The notes beneath the pieces are model-generated. The model had not been told where the DNA came from. It saw only the letters and a list, made by a program, of their open reading frames with translations, and made no database searches. 64,000 bases of DNA from an uncultured virus (IMG/VR IMGVR_UViG_3300043436_000999) (Duplodnaviria; Heunggongvirae; Uroviricota; Caudoviricetes): the IMG/VR virus record IMGVR_UViG_3300043436_000999, one strand, 5' to 3'. Each line of letters begins with the position of its first letter. Positions within the stretch are counted from its first letter, which is position 1. Shown piece by piece: positions 59,174 to 64,000 of the stretch. The translations under genes were made by a program, and so were the position numbers.

Positions 59174-59591
59174 TAACATCTCCTTCCTTGAGAACATCCT
59201 TGAGCCATTGCTTACCACGCTCAGACTCCAAGTAACGTCGCACAAAGAAGTCGAGGTTGTTGTCAAGGTACTCATCGACCGCACTTTCCGCAGCCCGTTC
59301 AAGCGTATCAGACTGGCACACAACCGAGTCAACACAATCCGTGACCATCTGCATCATTGTATGCTCAAGATTACAACGCAAGTCATACACCGCATCGTTG
59401 ATTACCTCGTTGGCTTCCTGAGACACAGCCTGACTAACAGAGTCCTCAAGTTCCTTCTTGATATCATCAACACTCATTGAGAGATCATTGATCTCGTCGC
59501 TGATAAGACCCTTGATAGAGTCAACCAATTCCCAGCCACCATTATAGTCGAGTTTCAGAACGGTAAAGAACGAATCAACATACTTAGACAT
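59163..59591 (-). CDS. Acidic helical early protein
   Basis: 142 aa with AAGGAG RBS. Confidence 0.6.
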   Translation of the reverse strand: MSKYVDSFFTVLKLDYNGGWELVDSIKGLISDEINDLSMSVDDIKKELEDSVSQAVSQEANEVINDAVYDLRCNLEHTMMQMVTDCVDSVVCQSDTLERAAESAVDEYLDNNLDFFVRRYLESERGKQWLKDVLKEGDVNVQ

Positions 59592-59950
59592 TAGAAATGA
59601 TCTCCTTGTTGTTCAATGATGTTTGCGAGTTCTTCGAACGAAAGTTTCTCATGGTCATTCAGATCGCTGATAACCATAGTCCGACCGTTATAAATAACGG
59701 GAGGATCATACGATTCAATCTCAGCCCACTCACGAACTGGAACGGGAAGATGGTGAAGACTTCCACCAATACCCTTCACTCCATTCTCTTGTTGGTACCA
59801 CAGTGTATCACCACATCGTTGCTGATCGTACAGATCACACAACACACCGAGACAGCAGAAGCGATCCTGATAGTTCAGAGCAAACTTTCCCTGCTGATAC
59901 TTGCCCGAACGAAGTGCATCAATCCAAAGCTTCTTGACATCTTTATCCAT
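59591..59950 (-). CDS. Conserved-looking phage hypothetical protein
   Basis: WIDALRSGKYQQG...CCLGVLCDL...LND..LSFEELA pattern, a common early phage gene. Confidence 0.7.
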   Translation of the reverse strand: MDKDVKKLWIDALRSGKYQQGKFALNYQDRFCCLGVLCDLYDQQRCGDTLWYQQENGVKGIGGSLHHLPVPVREWAEIESYDPPVIYNGRTMVISDLNDHEKLSFEELANIIEQQGDHF

Positions 59951-60295
59951 TGTTATCATCCTTGCTGAAGTAGATACCGATAGCAACAACCACAAAGATC
60001 AACACGATTTGTCCCCACGGAATTGGCTCAAGCATTCTGATACCTCAACACATGGCTAAGAAAGAGATGAGCATCATCCTCTTCTCGAAACCCGTCAATG
60101 TGTTGACCGTTAACAAAGACATTCCACCACTTACCATCGAACGATACATAGTTATTGTTGTCCATTCTTCTTCTCCAGTTGGAGTTCTCGAATAACCCGC
60201 GCCGCTTCTCGCAACACATTCACATTGTAGTTGAGAGGGTAATCAGTTTCAAGACGCTTGAGCAACAATGTAATATCAATCTTCTCGTTGGTCAT

Positions 60296-60541
60296 TTAGT
60301 TCTCCTCCTCGATATCTTCGAGGACAACTTCGCGGTTCATGTATTCGGACAAGTCACGTGCCAAGGAATCGAAGTACATCTCAGGATCTTCGTAGTTATC
60401 CGAAGTGAGAAGGTGGACATCGAAGAAACACACACCCTCTTCAATCTCCACATTCTGTGGGATAATACCAAGATCCTCACACGCATCCTTCAAATCCTGC
60501 AAACTAGATTCGACATAGAGCAGACCGATATAGTGATTCAC
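60296..60541 (-). CDS. Acidic early hypothetical protein
   Basis: 81 aa, GTG start after GGAGG. Confidence 0.55.
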   Translation of the reverse strand: MNHYIGLLYVESSLQDLKDACEDLGIIPQNVEIEEGVCFFDVHLLTSDNYEDPEMYFDSLARDLSEYMNREVVLEDIEEEN

Positions 60542-60822
60542 TTAGTGACCTCCGTGTAGTATTGAATAAGACGCTCTGGTTCAAACAGAGCCATAACCCA
60601 CAGTTGCTCGAAGAATTCAATCTTCAGAGTTGGTTCATGTCGATGTTCAGTCCCATCCTTATAGCGGACGAAAGACACGTCCCACGTCATGCCACTCTTA
60701 CGGTAGCACCGCGAGAGATAGACGGTCAACAGACCTTGATAGTCTCGACCATCATCAGACATCACAGACAAATCCACAGCGATTGATTCACGATTACTGG
60801 TGTAGATGTTATACGCTTTCAT
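60538..60822 (-). CDS. Early hypothetical protein
   Basis: Start at MKAYNI after GAGGAG. Confidence 0.55.
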   Translation of the reverse strand: MKAYNIYTSNRESIAVDLSVMSDDGRDYQGLLTVYLSRCYRKSGMTWDVSFVRYKDGTEHRHEPTLKIEFFEQLWVMALFEPERLIQYYTEVTK

Positions 60823-60985
60823 TGTTGTACTCCTCAATGAGATCTTTGAGAATGGAAGATTCGGCATCGTTCAACCAGAAGTTGGCAGCCACAAACTGCC
60901 ACCAGTTATACTCCTGCTCGTTACGAATCCCGAACATTGCTGACTGAACAAGGTTGTCCGAAATGTATGTCGTTGTTCCGTTCAT
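60809..60985 (-). CDS. 58-aa early hypothetical protein (not in ORF track)
   Basis: MNGTTTYISDNLVQSAMFGIRNEQEYNWWQFVAANFWLNDAESSILKDLIEEYNNESV; GGAG RBS; fills a gap. Confidence 0.5.
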   Translation of the reverse strand: MNGTTTYISDNLVQSAMFGIRNEQEYNWWQFVAANFWLNDAESSILKDLIEEYNNESV

Positions 60986-61172
60986 TCGTCTTCTCCAGGA
61001 ATTGTGGCATCTTCACCAGCCAACAATTCAACGATAAGTTGTACTGGTGGATACGTATTATCTTGATCCACGTAGTACAACACACACGCCGTTTCTTTAG
61101 TTGGGGCGAGAAAGATTTTGGATTGAGTAAGTTCATGACTATAACCAACACCGTGAACAACATAGAGATTCA

Positions 61173-61478
61173 TCATAGGAAGAAAGACTCCACTTCTTGG
61201 CGAAGAATGAGGACACTTTGTTGATTCAGTTGCAACTTGATACTTGCTGCAACACGTTGTGTGTTGAGAGATTCCGCACACGTTTCGACAATGAACACAC
61301 TTTCATTGACGATGTGCTTCCCGTTACTCCAGTACCCCTTACCTTCGGTGACAGTTGCACCTCCAGTTTCGTTGACAATCTCCTCGACAATCGACAGGCC
61401 AATCTGTTTGGCACACACAGAGGGGTTGCCAGTTTCGTCGGCAATGTAGAACGGAATGTAGATCGTATACTTGTTCAT
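61173..61478 (-). CDS. Early protein, DUF3574-like
   Basis: GGATVTEGKGYW...E...LNQQSVL pattern. Confidence 0.55.
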   Translation of the reverse strand: MNKYTIYIPFYIADETGNPSVCAKQIGLSIVEEIVNETGGATVTEGKGYWSNGKHIVNESVFIVETCAESLNTQRVAASIKLQLNQQSVLILRQEVESFFL

Positions 61479-61948
61479 TGCAGTCCTTTCAGTTTGATTG
61501 CGGGATCAAATACCCACTTGACTTCGTTGCATTCACGGAGATAACAAACACCGTCATGGTATTCGTATCGCCAACGTTCGCCACACTCTCCAACAATGTC
61601 AACGTAACTACCATCGCCAATCGCAGGGGCAATAGTTGAGAAGAACAATTCATCGTCTCCCCACTTGCCGTCCTTACTGATCTGAATAGATCCATCTCCA
61701 CACTCATCAACTGAATATCCGAAGAGATCAAAGATTCGGACAACAGAATCTTTGATGAATGCCATACGCACATCGTCGGGGTCAATGAACTTGAGAGACT
61801 TTACAACGCTTCCGTCATCTCCCCACGAATATGTCTCGCCATACTTGGCGATATTCTCAGGAGAGAACAGACGCTTGACACATTCAACGAACAAAGTTTC
61901 GTCACAGATTGAGATGTCTGAACGTTCTGTCGAAACATGGTAGCCCAT
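61475..61948 (-). CDS. Early hypothetical protein
   Basis: 157 aa, MGY start, KWGDDELFF...GECGERWRY; AAGGAG RBS. Confidence 0.65.
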   Translation of the reverse strand: MGYHVSTERSDISICDETLFVECVKRLFSPENIAKYGETYSWGDDGSVVKSLKFIDPDDVRMAFIKDSVVRIFDLFGYSVDECGDGSIQISKDGKWGDDELFFSTIAPAIGDGSYVDIVGECGERWRYEYHDGVCYLRECNEVKWVFDPAIKLKGLQ

Positions 61949-61960
61949 TGGTTTATCTCC

Positions 61961-62299
61961 TTAGCCCATATCCGTAGTACGGAAGTCTTGGTTGTTTGTG
62001 TTCGCGTCAACTAAATCATTGTAGAAGCAGTCCCAGCCTTGTTGCTTCGCGATCTGATTTGGGGTACATCGACCAATTAACGCTGCCGCGTGGCAGTACA
62101 TACGTTGCAGTTCCTTTGCCTCCCTGTTGAGTTCCTCACACTTCAAGGCACAACGCTCCGCAAATCGCATTGCATCACTAACAAGTTCCCTGAATTCATT
62201 CCGTTCCTTCTGGATACGTGCCAAATCGGAACGAAGAGTATCGTTATCTGCCTCAACACCCTCACACCACTCACGAAGTTCTTGTTCGGTGCTGCTCAT
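61961..62299 (-). CDS. Early coiled-coil hypothetical protein
   Basis: Start at MSSTEQE after AAGGAGG. Confidence 0.55.
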   Translation of the reverse strand: MSSTEQELREWCEGVEADNDTLRSDLARIQKERNEFRELVSDAMRFAERCALKCEELNREAKELQRMYCHAAALIGRCTPNQIAKQQGWDCFYNDLVDANTNNQDFRTTDMG

Positions 62300-62529
62300 T
62301 GGTTTGCCTCCTTTAGTTGAACAACAAAGTTCAGGTGAAAGACTTCGAATGTCTCCACAACTGGACGGTATGTCCACGTAGACACATTCTTTACACAAGT
62401 AAACTCCACGAGTGTGGTTTGAAACATCGCACACGCATATCCCTCTAGAAAGAGTCGTGCATCACGCTCCGTTTCAAATCTACCAAGATCAACGGTTGAT
62501 GTATAAGTCTTCTTCTGAAGGTGGAACAT
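62296..62529 (-). CDS. Early hypothetical protein
   Basis: 77 aa with AAGGAG RBS. Confidence 0.55.
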   Translation of the reverse strand: MFHLQKKTYTSTVDLGRFETERDARLFLEGYACAMFQTTLVEFTCVKNVSTWTYRPVVETFEVFHLNFVVQLKEANQ

Positions 62530-62532
62530 TTC

Positions 62533-62727
62533 TTACTCCTTGTTTGGAAAGACACAGCCAACGATTGTCATTTCGGTTCTATCGAAGAAGTTGAATTCTG
62601 TTTCTTCGTTAGACACCTCACGACGAACCAACTCATTCTCTACTTCCAACCACGACATAGTTGGTGGAAAGTATCTAACAAACTTCTCATCGCCAAACCA
62701 AATTGTTGCAATGGCGTGATCGGACAT
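62533..62727 (-). CDS. Early hypothetical protein
   Basis: Start at MSDHAI after GGAGG. Confidence 0.55.
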   Translation of the reverse strand: MSDHAIATIWFGDEKFVRYFPPTMSWLEVENELVRREVSNEETEFNFFDRTEMTIVGCVFPNKE

Positions 62728-62754
62728 AGTACCTCCGTTGAAGAAACACACGAT

Positions 62755-62786
62755 GAAACGTATCGGATATTTCACCCATACATTTC
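62755..62786 (-). repeat. Hairpin repeat copy 1
   Basis: Minus strand GAAATGTAT-GGGTGAAATATCC-GATACGTTTC. Confidence 0.75.
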
Positions 62787-62793
62787 GGAACAT

Positions 62794-62912
62794 CTCGCGG
62801 GGGATTCTAACCCCCGACATAGTACCACATACGTTGGGAAGACGTATGCGTTGCCACTAGATTATCTTCCCTTGATAATCTGTGACCTAACTATGTGTCA
62901 CGACAGACCGAG
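62794..62912 (-). ncRNA. Candidate structured RNA with kissing loops, a pseudoknot and a T-arm-like hairpin
   Basis: Stems at 62882-62901, 62859-62881, 62827-62849 and 62799-62815 with mutually complementary loops; closed by CTCG/CGAG. Confidence 0.6.
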
Positions 62913-62916
62913 TAAA

Positions 62917-62948
62917 GGAACGTGTGGGGTATTTCACCCACACCTTCC
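62917..62948 (-). repeat. Hairpin repeat copy 2
   Basis: Minus strand GGAAGGTGT-GGGTGAAATACCC-CACACGTTCC. Confidence 0.75.
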
Positions 62949-62952
62949 GCGA

Positions 62953-63282
62953 TTAGTTGCAGAGGAAGATGACGGTTTCGGTTGAGTCCATCGGGAACGA
63001 TTGACCACACACCTTATACTTCGGCTCAAACTTCTCCGTATAGAGACGAGCCCCAGTCCCGAACGAATGGAGAAGAGCATTCAGTCTCGACTTCGTTGTG
63101 GGAGTATTCCACCCACACAAGCACACCGACAACGCATGAGCGGCACGATGATATCGTGCGATACGATTCCCGTGCAGGAACACCTCACACCCCTTATCCG
63201 TGACTAACACCTCTGTGTTGCCACGACGGAAATACTTGTTCGAACGAACTGCGATGCACATTGCCTGTTCAATTTGACGCAT
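62953..63282 (-). CDS. Conserved-looking early phage protein
   Basis: MRQIEQAM...NTEV...VFLHGNRIA...GWNTPTTKSRLNALL; GAGGAG RBS. Confidence 0.7.
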   Translation of the reverse strand: MRQIEQAMCIAVRSNKYFRRGNTEVLVTDKGCEVFLHGNRIARYHRAAHALSVCLCGWNTPTTKSRLNALLHSFGTGARLYTEKFEPKYKVCGQSFPMDSTETVIFLCN

Positions 63283-63382
63283 TATCGCTTCTCCTCAAGG
63301 TGAGAGACCATGTTGCCAGCCACGTAGATACATCCCGCCACAACCATTGCGACGGTACACAACACGAACAACTCAATCCACA

Positions 63383-63571
63383 TCATCGCCGCACCACCTT
63401 GTAACGGCGAGAAACTTCCGCGAAGAATGCCCACCCAACGAAGATGAGCAGTTGACCACCAATCAAACCCTGCACCACACTCTCGTACTGAACTTCAACG
63501 AACGAAAGGACGGTGAGAACTAGACCGTTCACAAACACCCACAGAAACGCAAACTTCTCTTCAATGTCCAT
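63383..63571 (-). CDS. Small two-TM early membrane protein
   Basis: Start at MDIEEKF after GGAG; two hydrophobic segments. Confidence 0.5.
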   Translation of the reverse strand: MDIEEKFAFLWVFVNGLVLTVLSFVEVQYESVVQGLIGGQLLIFVGWAFFAEVSRRYKVVRR

Positions 63572-63616
63572 GACGTATGCTCCGAAAGAGTTGCGAGTGA
63601 CACACACACAATGAAA

Positions 63617-63648
63617 GAAACGTTCGGGATATTTCACCCGAACGTTCC
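63617..63648 (-). repeat. Hairpin repeat copy 3
   Basis: Minus strand GGAACGTTC-GGGTGAAATATCC-CGAACGTTTC. Confidence 0.85.
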
Positions 63649-63745
63649 AGCGTCATTATCTTATTCATAGATAACGCGGCACTATGAATTGCACAAACTT
63701 GGGATAACGTACAGAGAACGTAGCAGTTTGAACTACACTCAACGG
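63649..63745 (-). ncRNA. Second candidate structured RNA between repeat copies 3 and 4
   Basis: Three stems; loop ATTCATAG is complementary to CTATGAAT in the neighbouring hairpin. Confidence 0.45.
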
Positions 63746-63749
63746 GAAA

Positions 63750-63782
63750 GAAACGTTCGGGATAATTTCACCCGAACGTTCC
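63750..63782 (-). repeat. Hairpin repeat copy 4
   Basis: Minus strand GGAACGTTC-GGGTGAAATTATCC-CGAACGTTTC, identical to copy 3 except for one inserted base. Confidence 0.85.
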
Positions 63783-63785
63783 TGA

Positions 63786-63983
63786 TTAGTCACACTCTAC
63801 GCCCCAGTTTGCGTCGATATCTTCGACGTTGAATCCCTGCGGGACAACCCACACGGGAGCGGGACACTTTGTGTGAACATAGTCGGCCAACTCAATATCC
63901 TCCCAACTAATCCCGACACTTGCGGGATTCACACGTCCCCATTCAATCGGCCTATCGACATCGGCCCAAACCAATGCCACCAC
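63786..63983 (-). CDS. Early hypothetical protein (probably 5' truncated by the window edge)
   Basis: The open frame appears to extend to the window end. Confidence 0.45.
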   Translation of the reverse strand: MVALVWADVDRPIEWGRVNPASVGISWEDIELADYVHTKCPAPVWVVPQGFNVEDIDANWGVECD

Positions 63984-64000
63984 ACACTTTGTGGTGATAT

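Noticed and set aside
62794..62912. A fourth tRNA gene
   Set aside because: Only a T-arm-like hairpin is present; there is no 7-bp acceptor stem or canonical D and anticodon arms. Reported as a candidate ncRNA instead.
62755..63782. CRISPR array interpretation of the four palindromic repeats
   Set aside because: Spacing is irregular (about 130, 670 and 100 nt), one interval contains genes, the repeats diverge in their stems, and there are no cas genes.
1..64000. Prophage or temperate lifestyle; alternative genetic code
   Set aside because: No integrase, repressor or flanking host genes were recognised. Core genes are intact under the standard code and there is no suppressor tRNA.

Overview
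The window is almost entirely one lytic, T7-like podophage genome segment (Autographiviridae-type, encoding its own single-subunit RNA polymerase) with all credible genes on the minus strand. At least 64 kb, it is larger than typical T7-like genomes. In transcription order (right to left): small early genes interspersed with repeated hairpins; RNA polymerase; replication and nucleotide metabolism genes (SSB, RusA, ThyX, deaminase, primase-helicase, PolA, dNMP kinase, 5'-3' exonuclease, dUTPase, class II RNR) with three tRNAs (Ile-UAU, Leu-UAA, Arg-UCU); portal, two inserted large unknown genes, scaffold, capsid and tail tubes; several tail fibre/adhesin genes including a BspA-type LRR protein; a holin/spanin-like pair; terminases; and, unusually last, the internal virion proteins including a 3130-aa polyvalent protein. 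The left end looks like a genome-terminal region. The most novel-looking signals are non-coding: (i) four copies of a hairpin with a conserved GGGUGAAAU core that bracket two compact RNAs with complementary loops in the early region, (ii) a multi-hairpin RNA between terS and terL that can sequester the terL ribosome-binding site, and (iii) a three-copy candidate phage promoter AGTCCCTGA-N6-GCTAGG. All calls come from reading motifs by eye; no database searches or folding computations were run.
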